DNA of 64,000 bases from an uncultured Micavibrio sp. (GTDB taxonomy: Bacteria; Pseudomonadota; Alphaproteobacteria; Micavibrionales; Micavibrionaceae), in NCBI GenBank assembly GCA_965263215.1, contig OZ253663.1:2220656-2284655 (forward strand). Reading direction: 5' to 3'. The position numbers and the translations under genes are program-made. The notes under the pieces were generated by a model that was not told the DNA's origin, made no database searches, and saw only the letters and a program-made list of their open reading frames with translations. Each line of letters begins with the position of its first letter. Positions within the stretch are counted from its first letter, which is position 1. This document shows positions 10,748 through 19,211 of this stretch, one piece after another.

Positions 10748-11893
10748 ATGAGCGAAGAACTTAACAGTATGGGCATAGCCAAGCCCCCTTCCGAAACCCG
10801 CGTGGTAGTTGCCATGTCGGGTGGGGTCGACTCATCTGTATGCGCAGCGCTCCTCCATGAAGAAGGCTATGACGTGGTTGGGGTGACGCTACAGCTCTAT
10901 GATTATGGCGATTCAAGCGGCGAACAAGTCAAAAGCAAGACATGCTGCGCGGGGCAAGATATTTACGATGCGCGCCGCGTCGCCGAGGGGTTAGGATTCC
11001 CCCACTATGTTCTGAATTACGAGAGCAATTTCCGCGAGAGCGTGATTGAGGATTTCGCTGATAGTTACTTAAAAGGTGAAACCCCTATCCCGTGTGTGCG
11101 CTGTAACCAGACCGTGAAATTCCGTGATTTGTTAGAGGTCGCGCATGATCTTGGCGCCGATTGTATGGCAACAGGCCACTATATTCAGCGCATCGTCGAT
11201 GAGAACGGCCATGCGCATTTGAAACGCGCCCATGATGACGGGAAGGATCAGAGCTATTTCCTGTTTGCGACCACGCAAGAACAACTCGATTTTCTGCGCT
11301 TTCCCCTTGGCGGGTGGAGCAAGGACATCACCCGCGAGCATGCGGAGCGTTTGGGCCTGATGAATGCCGATAAGCCGGATTCACAGGATATCTGTTTCGT
11401 GCCACATGGGGATTACGCGAAGGTCGTGAAGAAAATCAGACCCGAAGGCGCAAAGCCGGGCAAAATCGTCCATATTGACGGGCGCGAGATTGGTGAGCAT
11501 GAGGGCATTATTCACTACACCATCGGCCAGCGCAGAGGGCTTGGTATTGGCGGCGGGGTTAGCGGCAATAACGACCCGCATTATGTGATTGAGCTGCGCC
11601 CTGATGCCAACGAAGTCATTGTCGGGCCGAAGGAAGCTTTGGCACGCAATGTTCTACACGTGCAGGATTGTAATTGGTTGCTCAATGATAAAACTAACGA
11701 ACCGATCAAAGTTGACTTGAAGTTCCGTTCTGTGATGAAACCAACCTCTGCGGTTTTACATTTAAATGACAAGGGCGCGGAAATTCATCTAGATACCCCC
11801 CATTACGGTATTGCCTCAGGGCAAGCCGCCGTATGTTACGTAAATGATCGCGTGATCGGTGGCGGCTGGATTACAGGCACAAGTAACGCCTAA
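10748..11893 (+). CDS. mnmA: tRNA 2-thiouridine(34) synthase MnmA
   Basis: PP-loop motif [11 protein letters not shown], plus CCAGQD and the catalytic Cys region. The start is set at the ATG at 10748, which is preceded by AAGGAAAAG. The longer ORF from 10649 has a non-homologous leader. Confidence 0.93.
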   Translation: MSEELNSMGIAKPPSETRVVVAMSGGVDSSVCAALLHEEGYDVVGVTLQLYDYGDSSGEQVKSKTCCAGQDIYDARRVAEGLGFPHYVLNYESNFRESVIEDFADSYLKGETPIPCVRCNQTVKFRDLLEVAHDLGADCMATGHYIQRIVDENGHAHLKRAHDDGKDQSYFLFATTQEQLDFLRFPLGGWSKDITREHAERLGLMNADKPDSQDICFVPHGDYAKVVKKIRPEGAKPGKIVHIDGREIGEHEGIIHYTIGQRRGLGIGGGVSGNNDPHYVIELRPDANEVIVGPKEALARNVLHVQDCNWLLNDKTNEPIKVDLKFRSVMKPTSAVLHLNDKGAEIHLDTPHYGIASGQAAVCYVNDRVIGGGWITGTSNA

Positions 11894-12279
11894 ACGCTAT
11901 GGGCTGCAACTAATGCCTCTAATGTCTCCAAATTTTCTTTTTTGATCGGTTTAAGCATGTAATCTTTCACGCATTTATATGCCAAAGCTGGGTCTTTATC
12001 TTTAGGCAAATCAGAAGATGTCAGCATAACCACCACTGGTATTTCTTTTGTGTTGTTATCTGTGAATTTCTCAAGGAATTGATGACCGCTCATTTTGGGC
12101 ATATTAATATCTAATAAAATCAAATCAGGATCTTTATCCACCCCGCGCATGACTTCGAGCGCCTCTTCACCATCAAAAGCTTTTAAAATTTGAATATCCG
12201 GGAAAGTTTTTAAAAGAAGCAACTCCCATAAATACTGATCTGCTTCGTTATCTTCGATAATCAATATCGTTTTCATCAC
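11890..12279 (-). CDS. single-domain response regulator (CheY-like receiver)
   Basis: 129 aa. [10 protein letters not shown]...[14 protein letters not shown]...MLTSS...K gives the full receiver signature (DD/D/T/K). Confidence 0.85.
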   Translation of the reverse strand: MMKTILIIEDNEADQYLWELLLLKTFPDIQILKAFDGEEALEVMRGVDKDPDLILLDINMPKMSGHQFLEKFTDNNTKEIPVVVMLTSSDLPKDKDPALAYKCVKDYMLKPIKKENLETLEALVAAHSV

Positions 12280-12469
12280 ACACTCCTGTAGTTTAACGCG
12301 CTACGGGACGATTTAATATGAACACTGAAGATGATAAAAAAATGAAAAACGAATGATATTGTTATCAAACTTTTGCCACACACACACTTCAGTCGCTCCC
12401 CTAGCAACACACACTAAAATTATACACTAAGAACATAATAATACAACTTTGTGTTGCGTTATTTGTAAC

Positions 12470-12494
12470 AAAAAAGGGAAGCTGTAAGCCTCCC
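12470..12494 (-). terminator. rho-independent terminator of the 12524-13021 gene
   Basis: On the minus strand: GGGAGGC-TTACA-GCTTCCC, a 7-bp stem with one G.U pair, followed by TTTTTTG. Confidence 0.6.
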
Positions 12495-12523
12495 TTAAAT
12501 TCTCTTTTATACAAAAGCGATAC

Positions 12524-13021
12524 CTACGGCTTCATGCCGCCGCCATTTACCGCGCCGTCAACAGCATCATTAATCTGCTGTTCACGACCGCTTAAGGCTT
12601 CTGCCGCTTGTCCTGCCATACCATCATTCTGCGTAACGCCATCTACAACAGCCTCCGCGCCGGTTTTCACGCCATCCTTAACGGCTTCGTCAGCATCAGA
12701 GAACAACCCGACTAGGCTCTCATACCAAGATGGCCCGTGATCATCGAGCATTTGTTGATTGGTCACATCAGGGTCACGTCCATATTCCTGTGCCGCTTGC
12801 TCACTGAACAATGTACGGCGAATGGATTTCTCAGAAGGCTCATAGTCAGATACGCCCTGCGCTTCCATTTGCGCGGTCATTTCTTCGATCAAGCTTTCAC
12901 GCTGCGCTTCGCCAACGGGGCTCGCTAAAAATTTATCAAGATTTTCCGGCTGAACGAACGTTCCCCATTTATCTTCACCAACATCAACAAATGTCAGCAT
13001 TTGTGTATCTATACTTGCCAT
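12524..13021 (-). CDS. hypothetical acidic protein
   Basis: ORF with the ATG at comp. 13019-13021, preceded by AAGGG 8 nt upstream. It has its own terminator. No domain recognised. Confidence 0.6.
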   Translation of the reverse strand: MASIDTQMLTFVDVGEDKWGTFVQPENLDKFLASPVGEAQRESLIEEMTAQMEAQGVSDYEPSEKSIRRTLFSEQAAQEYGRDPDVTNQQMLDDHGPSWYESLVGLFSDADEAVKDGVKTGAEAVVDGVTQNDGMAGQAAEALSGREQQINDAVDGAVNGGGMKP

Positions 13022-13141
13022 GATCAGCACCCTTTTATATTTTTTTGTTAATTAACACCACATATTACGCCAGTTTTGGGGCTTAAGGCAACTTTTGTTT
13101 TACTAATGAATGCGGGTTATTGAAATTGTTGCGTCATACAC

Positions 13142-13171
13142 TTGACAAAAAACAGAAAAATTGGCCATATA
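13142..13171 (+). promoter_or_regulatory. putative sigma70-type promoter for tRNA-Met
   Basis: A perfect TTGACA at 13142-13147 and a weak -10 (CATATA) after an 18-nt spacer, about 38 nt upstream of the tRNA 5' end. Confidence 0.3.
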
Positions 13172-13208
13172 CGCCATCGATTATTATCGACCCTGAATTC
13201 TTTATCGT

Positions 13209-13284
13209 GGCGGTGTAGCTCAGGGGTTAGAGCAGTGGAATCATAATCCATGTGTCGGGTGTTCAAATCACCCCACCGCTACCA
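13209..13284 (+). tRNA. tRNA-Met (anticodon CAT), elongator-like; tRNA-Ile2(CAU, lysidine) not excluded
   Basis: Hand-folded 76-nt cloverleaf. Acceptor GGCGGTG/CACCGCT, D arm GCTC/GAGC, anticodon arm GTGGA-ATCATAA-TCCAT, T arm GGGTG-TTCAAAT-CACCC, with an encoded CCA. Confidence 0.9.
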
Positions 13285-13307
13285 ATATTTTCATTTAAAA
13301 TCATACC
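13239..13307 (+). repeat. attL core: 69-bp direct repeat (tRNA anticodon loop to CCA plus 23 nt)
   Basis: Identical base for base to 36674-36742. Confidence 0.9.
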
Positions 13308-13350
13308 CTTATAGAGGCTTTCTTCTAAGAGCTAAATCACAAAAACACTT

Positions 13351-13371
13351 TGGGGTATCACTGGGGTAACA
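13351..13371 (+). repeat. arm-type-site-like tandem heptamer TGGGGTA-N4-TGGGGTA (copy 1, inside the island near attL)
   Basis: TGGGGTATCACTGGGGTAACA. The 21 nt are identical to 36523-36543, and a diverged third copy sits at 36784-36804. Confidence 0.6.
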
Positions 13372-13477
13372 AACTCGATTTTAAAGACAAAGTAATTACG
13401 TTTGACTAGCCGTCTAAAAATATAGTGGAGCATAAACCATTTGACAGAGATCAAGCCCACCCTCCACTAACAGAGTT

Positions 13478-13517
13478 TTACTTACATTTGCCAAGGATAT
13501 CCTTGTCTTGTAAGTAA
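13478..13517. promoter_or_regulatory. nested palindrome upstream of the HARE-HTH gene (candidate operator)
   Basis: TTACTTACA (13478-13486) pairs with TGTAAGTAA (13509-13517). These arms enclose the perfect 14-bp palindrome CAAGGATATCCTTG (13492-13505). Confidence 0.4.
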
Positions 13518-13571
13518 CATCCTAATAGTATTTTAAACAATCTAAATTTTATAGTTGTTTTGGGGTTAGAC

Positions 13572-14513
13572 GTGAGCGCTTATTTAGAAGCTGCAGAAAA
13601 AGTCTTGGAAACTACTGGTGTTCCTATGAACTCCATAGAAATTTTACGAGCAGCTCACAGTATGAATCTGCTTTCACCTGACCTATACGGCAAAACACAA
13701 CATAAAACTTTTCACGCTAGAATAAGCGTGGATATAAGAAAAAACGGCGATAAAAGCGCTTTTTACAGAGTTGCTCACGGTGTTTTTTTTCTAAAAAAAC
13801 TAAAAGACTCTCCGCATCTATCAAAAAAGCAACAAAAAGGGATACATGCCATTCCTCGCAAAAGAGAGCTTAACAGAGAACCCGTGCTAAAAATCAAGAA
13901 AAGTATTATCAACAGCCTAGTATCCAAGAAAGGGATTTTCGACGCTAATGAATTAGAAACAATACTATCTTACAAAAATACTCAGTACGGAAATGCCAAA
14001 AATTCAAATGAACAGTATTGCAAACTTTGGGTTTTTGTTGTTGTGCAAAAGCAAGAAGAAATTTTGACATACAGACAGGGCAAGTATAGAGAAAACAAAG
14101 ATAGTTTTCTGAATAGAAGAACTATTGGTTTCAAAACGCTCGTTACAGCAAACGATAAAACTTTCTTAGACAAAGAAGACTGGGGAATCATATATTCAGG
14201 TTTGTCAGCTACATTTTCTGATCTTGGCGTGCCTTTTGATAGCATCATCATTGATGATGAAAAAACAAGCGCCAAAATCGAGTTTTTTTTATGTTATAGA
14301 GGTGAAACTGGCAATGATGAATTAGTTTGTGTTGTTAACTATGCCTGCCCCAACTGGCTTGAGCCACATAAACGCACGCTAGCTATCAATGACTTGTGTT
14401 GGCTTAAGACCACACACCTACCCAACAATATCGATGATTTTGACGGATGGTCAAAGATTATTATCCCTGAGCTATTTTCTATCTGTTCACCAAAATCAAC
14501 AGCGAGTACATAA
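13572..14513 (+). CDS. HARE-HTH (winged-helix) domain protein with an uncharacterised ~200-aa C-terminal domain
   Basis: The N-terminus SAYLEAAEKVLETTGVPMNSIEILRAAHSMNLL...TFHARISVDIRKNGDKSAFYRVAHGVFFL matches the HARE-HTH pattern. I prefer the GTG at 13572 (GGGG 6 nt upstream); the track ORF starts at a TTG at 13560. The C-terminal domain is not recognised. Confidence 0.7.
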   Translation: MSAYLEAAEKVLETTGVPMNSIEILRAAHSMNLLSPDLYGKTQHKTFHARISVDIRKNGDKSAFYRVAHGVFFLKKLKDSPHLSKKQQKGIHAIPRKRELNREPVLKIKKSIINSLVSKKGIFDANELETILSYKNTQYGNAKNSNEQYCKLWVFVVVQKQEEILTYRQGKYRENKDSFLNRRTIGFKTLVTANDKTFLDKEDWGIIYSGLSATFSDLGVPFDSIIIDDEKTSAKIEFFLCYRGETGNDELVCVVNYACPNWLEPHKRTLAINDLCWLKTTHLPNNIDDFDGWSKIIIPELFSICSPKSTAST

Positions 14514-15961
14514 TGGCGTTTCTTCATTATTTAAAAGAAAAGTATTTGCTACACATGATATCATCTGGGTCTGCTGAACAATGTGAGGAAGCAATGGAAA
14601 ACTTCTGCTCCTTAATGCGAGCAGGCCATCAAATTAGAAATCCTAAGCTTATGGGGAGAGCGTTGGTAGGACGCTTATTTAGTCCTTCTGAAAGAATAAG
14701 CAGATGGTCATTAAATGCAATAGCCCACATTGGTCGCAGAGCCGGAAGAGAATTTATCAACGCTGTCCAAAGAAGTGTTCTTCAACATATCGAACACCCT
14801 TTTATGTTGAGGTATGCTATCGCTGCATTATTTGCTGTCATGCAAAATGATGATGAAGTTTTCGAATGGCTGAACACAAATAAGGTACCACTCGAAGTCT
14901 CCGCAATCTTAGCGTCAGCCCCTTTCAGTCAAAAATGTAGAGAAAATATCAATAAATTAGGGATTAACATTGAATCAGCAGATAACCTAACTCTTCAAAA
15001 TGCTTCAATCCTTGTTGGGGTTGGCGAGATGCCCGAAGGAATTTTCTCAGGAAAACATCCTTACAATACGAATATTGGACAACTAAACAAACACGATGAT
15101 AATTTAGTCAGACAATATTCTATATGGGCAGTCAAAGAGAACCCTGATCTTTCTGTCACAGACTTAACATTCAATTTATGGGACATAGATAGCCTTGCAC
15201 ATGACGAAAAAAAATGGGCTTATCCAACAATAGCTGTGGACAAAGAATGTGCTAGCAAATATCGGGATATTTTAGAAGCGGGTAGCAATGACAATCACGT
15301 AGACGTAAGAAAAAAATTAGCCAGCGGACTTTTAAACACTTATTATATTGATATTGAAAGACTTACTTTTGACTGGTATGCAAATGAAGATGACCCTGAG
15401 ATTGTACTACGTTTGTTAGAACATATGGCTAGTCAATCTGATAAGTCTAACGATTATAAGCAAACTGCCCTAGATCGTTTTACTGCACTAGGAAAAGGGT
15501 CTATTGAAAGAGATCGGTTACAAAGTGCTGCTGCAAGGACAACTCTTTTTGGGGATATGCAAGACATTGTTCTTATGCCAGACCCAACATTTTTTGTAAC
15601 GAAGTTAACAGGAGAACCAACAGTGACCTACAACAACATCAATGAAATAAACATAGAAGGTGGAAATAGCGGCGATATCTCTGTTGCCCAAAGTAATATA
15701 GGCTCTGCACGCAATACAGTTAACGATATTGAGAATATCGAATTGAAAGAAATTCTAAGAGAATTGCTAGACGAAATAGATAAAAACAACCTTTCTGAAG
15801 ATAGTGAACTATTAGAAAACATTGAATGTTTAGCAAAACAACCCAACAAAACTACTGCTAAAAAAGTTTTAGAATATTTAAAAGCATATACCACTATAGC
15901 CAACATCCCCTTAGTCACAGCCAAGTTAACTGAGTGGGCAAACAACCTTTTAGGCGGATAA
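14513..15961 (+). CDS. HEAT/ARM-like helical-repeat protein
   Basis: 482 aa. The ATG overlaps the upstream stop (TAATG), which indicates translational coupling. It has repeated helical units with HEAT-type signatures (NLVRQYSIWAV, HVDVRKKLASGL) and an Asn/Glu-rich C-terminal tail. Confidence 0.7.
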   Translation: MAFLHYLKEKYLLHMISSGSAEQCEEAMENFCSLMRAGHQIRNPKLMGRALVGRLFSPSERISRWSLNAIAHIGRRAGREFINAVQRSVLQHIEHPFMLRYAIAALFAVMQNDDEVFEWLNTNKVPLEVSAILASAPFSQKCRENINKLGINIESADNLTLQNASILVGVGEMPEGIFSGKHPYNTNIGQLNKHDDNLVRQYSIWAVKENPDLSVTDLTFNLWDIDSLAHDEKKWAYPTIAVDKECASKYRDILEAGSNDNHVDVRKKLASGLLNTYYIDIERLTFDWYANEDDPEIVLRLLEHMASQSDKSNDYKQTALDRFTALGKGSIERDRLQSAAARTTLFGDMQDIVLMPDPTFFVTKLTGEPTVTYNNINEINIEGGNSGDISVAQSNIGSARNTVNDIENIELKEILRELLDEIDKNNLSEDSELLENIECLAKQPNKTTAKKVLEYLKAYTTIANIPLVTAKLTEWANNLLGG

Positions 15962-15983
15962 AGGCCACATGTAAGACTATTCT

Positions 15984-16092
15984 CAATATTAGCGTTTTGT
16001 CTCAAAATTAGCGTAACGCTAATAATAAAAACGGTTTGATATAAATGGGTAATTTCAATATTAGCGTAAAAAATGTGTATATATACGCTGAT
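15984..16092. repeat. ATTAGCGT iteron / palindrome array
   Basis: CAATATTAGCGT at 15984-15995 and again at 16056-16067 (identical 12-mers). A 17-nt palindrome ATTAGCGT-A-ACGCTAAT at 16007-16023. An imperfect inverted half-site ACGCTGAT at 16085-16092. Confidence 0.6.
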
Positions 16093-16122
16093 TCAAACCT
16101 TTTTGTTTAAAAGGCTATGTTT

Positions 16123-16551
16123 TCAATAGCCGTTACAAAGCGGGATCGTACCGTGCTTAGTAATATACTCCCAGATCAGCTTGCGTTCGGCGTAAAAAAT
16201 AAAAGAATTCAGATAACGCTCATCTACAAATACAGGAGCAAAGCCCGCAGCATAAACATTAGTAAGATCGTCACCTAGCTTTCGATTAAAACGATTACCA
16301 CCACTATGTTTGTGTTTCATATTGCCAACGCGTGCAGCCTTAAAGAATGTGGTAAGGCGTTTATGAATGTCCTGCGACTTGCCATGTGTCTCACCAATGT
16401 AAATAATTTCTCGCGCGTTATGATCAGCTGCTCCATCCGGCTTTTGGTCGAAGCGCGCAATAATATAAAGACCTGTGCGTTTTCCGTGCGGAATACTTCT
16501 CACGTCATCCCATGCATACCAATCAGAAAAAACTATGTCCGGTGTGATCAA
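16123..16551 (-). CDS. GIY-YIG nuclease superfamily protein (small, stand-alone)
   Basis: 142 aa. Motifs are GLYII...IIYIGET (GIY...YIG), then a downstream Arg (KRL), then YAERKLIWEY...LCN (conserved Glu and Asn). TTG start with GGGAG 6 nt upstream. Confidence 0.6.
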   Translation of the reverse strand: MITPDIVFSDWYAWDDVRSIPHGKRTGLYIIARFDQKPDGAADHNAREIIYIGETHGKSQDIHKRLTTFFKAARVGNMKHKHSGGNRFNRKLGDDLTNVYAAGFAPVFVDERYLNSFIFYAERKLIWEYITKHGTIPLCNGY

Positions 16552-16559
16552 ATGAAACT

Positions 16560-16760
16560 CCCGCGCGGTGCGCCCCCGCTTAACTTGACTGGTAGTCGGG
16601 GAGTTTACAAATCGCTAGACGATCCCTGTGATTTTAGCCGCGAAGCCTGTTGTATAGCACAAGCTCCCCGACCATAGGTCAAGGATGCATCATTCCGGCT
16701 GATGCTCACCGCTAGCGAGGTTGTAAAGCCCCAAAGCCGTTGCGTATCGGCCTCACAAAC
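16560..16760. other. GC-rich, stem-rich non-coding patch (candidate structured RNA or foreign DNA remnant)
   Basis: No ORF of 60 aa or more on either strand. Much more GC-rich than the surrounding island. A 9-bp stem GTCGGGGAG (16606-16614) / CTCCCCGAC (16665-16673) encloses a GCGAAGC mini-hairpin. A further stem is GCATCA/TGATGC. Confidence 0.3.
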
Positions 16761-16953
16761 AAGGATAGATCGATTTGGTCATAAATGGAAGATGTAACGC
16801 TCTCAAACCAGTCGTAATTTTCAATTTGAGAGCCGCAGGCAGCATTGTAATTTCATAGTATGGGATTTGTTTGTTTTAAGAGTACATGAGAGCCTACGCC
16901 CTTAAATCACTGCAATCAGTTTTCATAGGTGAAACATAATGCTCTAAATATGC

Positions 16954-16966
16954 CGTTTTGTTACCC
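16954..16966 (-). repeat. inverted partial copy of the arm-type motif (GGGTAACAAAACG)
   Basis: The reverse complement of 16954-16966 equals 36797-36809 (13 of 13 nt). Confidence 0.45.
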
Positions 16967-17132
16967 GTGGCGTACCCGAACACTGCGTATGATATTAAAA
17001 CCGCAATTAAAACAACGCGCCCATCACTTACTTGGCAAGATTAATAGTCCTTGTATCGGTCTTCTAGGTTTTCCGTGAGATACCACATCACCTGTCTTAA
17101 TGTCTGTTTGTAAATTAACAAAGGAGACTGAT

Positions 17133-17363
17133 ATGACTAAACCAACCGAAACAACAACGCTCAAGGAATTATGTAAATAGCGCAAACTCTGCCCGCGTGT
17201 GTCGCGCATGTTACTGCGAGAAGCGGTAAAGGATGAAAAGAAGCATCCGAACCTAGCCAAACATCACAAGCCCCGTACAGCATGGATATGGTCGGAAGGT
17301 TCAAAGGCATTAGAAGAAGCATTGATAGTACTTAAGCCCCAAACACCGAAAAAAACAGTATAG
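17133..17363 (+). pseudogene. small ORF interrupted by an in-frame TAG (codon 16)
   Basis: Strong RBS (AAAGGAG-N6-ATG). Reads MTKPTETTTLKELCK-TAG(17178-17180)-RKLCPRVSRMLLREAVKDEKKHPNLAKHHKPRTAWIWSEGSKALEEALIVLKPQTPKKTV. The same frame stays open for 60 further codons in AT-rich DNA. Confidence 0.45.
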
Positions 17364-17371
17364 ACAAAATA

Positions 17372-17413
17372 AGTCGTGTCAAAATTAAGTGTACGAATAA
17401 TTATGACACGACT
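17372..17413. terminator. hairpin between convergent genes (candidate bidirectional terminator)
   Basis: AGTCGTGTCA (17372-17381) pairs with TGACACGACT (17404-17413): a 10-bp perfect stem with a 22-nt AT-rich loop. It sits between the 17133-17363 ORF and the primase stop. Confidence 0.45.
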
Positions 17414-17420
17414 AAATATA

Positions 17421-19211
17421 TTATATTAAAGACCACTTGGCGTTTGGCCCTTTTGCATCCGCTTGTGCTATTTCTTTCAAATTACGATGCAAAGTGCTTT
17501 TACTGACATTTATGCTGCGCGCACTGATAGCCCTTTGAATGGCCGAAGACGACATGGGACCGTCATATAACAGTTCGGTGAGTATTTCCATCAGGTTTGG
17601 TTCAGAGTTAGGCCGCCCTACTCTCTGCACAGGATCAAGTCCGTCCGCATCGTAATCAGCAACAGCTAACCACTTTAACTCTGGGTGCTCCGTCTTAGAA
17701 CCACCGACCAATTCAAACAAAAGTGTGTTTCCAAGTTCCGACCAATTGCTTTTCACATGCGCAAACCCTGAAACATTAGGATCATCCTTCGAACGACCAA
17801 TGTGCAATACTGATCGAGCACGTGCAACGAAACCGATAGAACCAAGGCCTTTGTTCAGAGCATGTTCACCGCCAGATTTAGCCATATGCCGAACACCGAT
17901 CACGCATATATTATGTTCTCGTGCTAATTCATCAATTTGCGTTAAAAATTCAGTAACCTCATTGAAGCGATTAGAATCTACACCGCCCCCCATGTAAGTA
18001 AGCAACGGATCAATGATAATAACATCAGGCTTAAAGCTATGAATTTTTGCTTCGAGCGTTTGAATGCCTTCCTGCGTCAATGGTTTAAACCGCCCCTGAA
18101 AATGAATAATGTTCGGTGATAAATTTGCACCTGCTTTTTCAAGACGCGGACGCATTGTTTTCGCAGGGTCATCTTCTGCGTTCAATATCAACACGCGCCC
18201 TTTTGGCAGCCTGTCTTTACTAAACGGTAATTTACCCCCTCTGGAACAAAGTGCAGCAAGGAACATTGTAAAATAAGACTTTCCTCTGCCCGGATGTCCG
18301 TCTAAAAAAACAATGCACCCTCGCGGTAAATAGGGATACCAATACCAATCAACTGACTCCGTCTTGATTTTTGACATATCTAAGAAATCATCATTGGCAG
18401 CTTCATCATAACGTGAACTGCTTTTTAAAATTGTGGCCACTTCTTTTTTAGTCAATGGTGGAACACATAACTCATCATTGATATTAAGCAAAACCGCTTT
18501 ACTTGCCTTTGTCGAGATAGACTGCCTTCTTAATGAACAAGCAACTTTAAACAGAGACTCATTTCTTTCACCATCAGAAAATACATGCTTACCCTTAGGC
18601 TCAAAATTAATCGTGACTGTGCGTTTTGAGGCTAAGCTATTATGCACCTCACTTGGTAAAGCTTGTGCTTGTGTTGATGAACCAACCCAAGTATATCGAA
18701 CACCACTGACATGACGACTTGGTGGAAGGATAATATATCCACCCTTACCACCACCCTTGATATCAAAACCTGACATCGCATTGTTTTGGGATTTCAAGTC
18801 AGCAAGCACATAAAGGTGGAAACCTTTTCCAGTTTCAACCTTAAGCGTATTTAATCCCTTTAAGCCTAGCTTATTGCTTGATCTGAGCCCTTGTGTTCCA
18901 TCAAAATCGAGAGCCACCAGACCAGGAACGAGCGGACTAGCTATGTTGGCTTCTGGATACTTTCTCCACCAATCCTTGACTTGCCTTAAATCTGTTGTTG
19001 CAGCCTTAAAGCCTTCCTTCGTGATAGGATGTTTCCCTTGGTTTTTACATCCGTTATTGCCACACAAACATTTCAAATCATCATCAATGCCGAACACCGG
19101 AAATATAGGAATGCCTGTCTTGGCATATGCCAATGCCACTTTCTTTTTATTTTTTGATTTCATCACCTTAGCCAGTTCAAATTTTTTCATTAACTTAGGC
19201 ATTGTCAGCAC
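17421..19211 (-). CDS. bifunctional Prim-Pol primase / RecA-like (AAA_25) replicative ATPase with a C-terminal HTH (P4 alpha-like)
   Basis: 596 aa. The N-terminus GIPIFPV...CKNQGKHPITKEGFKAATTDLRQVKDWW...ANIASP...LDFD is the Prim-Pol pattern. Walker A is GHPGRGKS and Walker B is VIIIDPL. The C-terminus has an HTH-like segment, SKSTLHRNLKEI. Confidence 0.85.
   Translation of the reverse strand: MLTMPKLMKKFELAKVMKSKNKKKVALAYAKTGIPIFPVFGIDDDLKCLCGNNGCKNQGKHPITKEGFKAATTDLRQVKDWWRKYPEANIASPLVPGLVALDFDGTQGLRSSNKLGLKGLNTLKVETGKGFHLYVLADLKSQNNAMSGFDIKGGGKGGYIILPPSRHVSGVRYTWVGSSTQAQALPSEVHNSLASKRTVTINFEPKGKHVFSDGERNESLFKVACSLRRQSISTKASKAVLLNINDELCVPPLTKKEVATILKSSSRYDEAANDDFLDMSKIKTESVDWYWYPYLPRGCIVFLDGHPGRGKSYFTMFLAALCSRGGKLPFSKDRLPKGRVLILNAEDDPAKTMRPRLEKAGANLSPNIIHFQGRFKPLTQEGIQTLEAKIHSFKPDVIIIDPLLTYMGGGVDSNRFNEVTEFLTQIDELAREHNICVIGVRHMAKSGGEHALNKGLGSIGFVARARSVLHIGRSKDDPNVSGFAHVKSNWSELGNTLLFELVGGSKTEHPELKWLAVADYDADGLDPVQRVGRPNSEPNLMEILTELLYDGPMSSSAIQRAISARSINVSKSTLHRNLKEIAQADAKGPNAKWSLI

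Noticed and set aside
17024-17260. 78-aa minus-strand ORF in the island gap
   Set aside because: It has no RBS and no motif. It overlaps a plus-strand ORF that has a strong Shine-Dalgarno sequence and a protein-like sequence, although that ORF carries an in-frame TAG.
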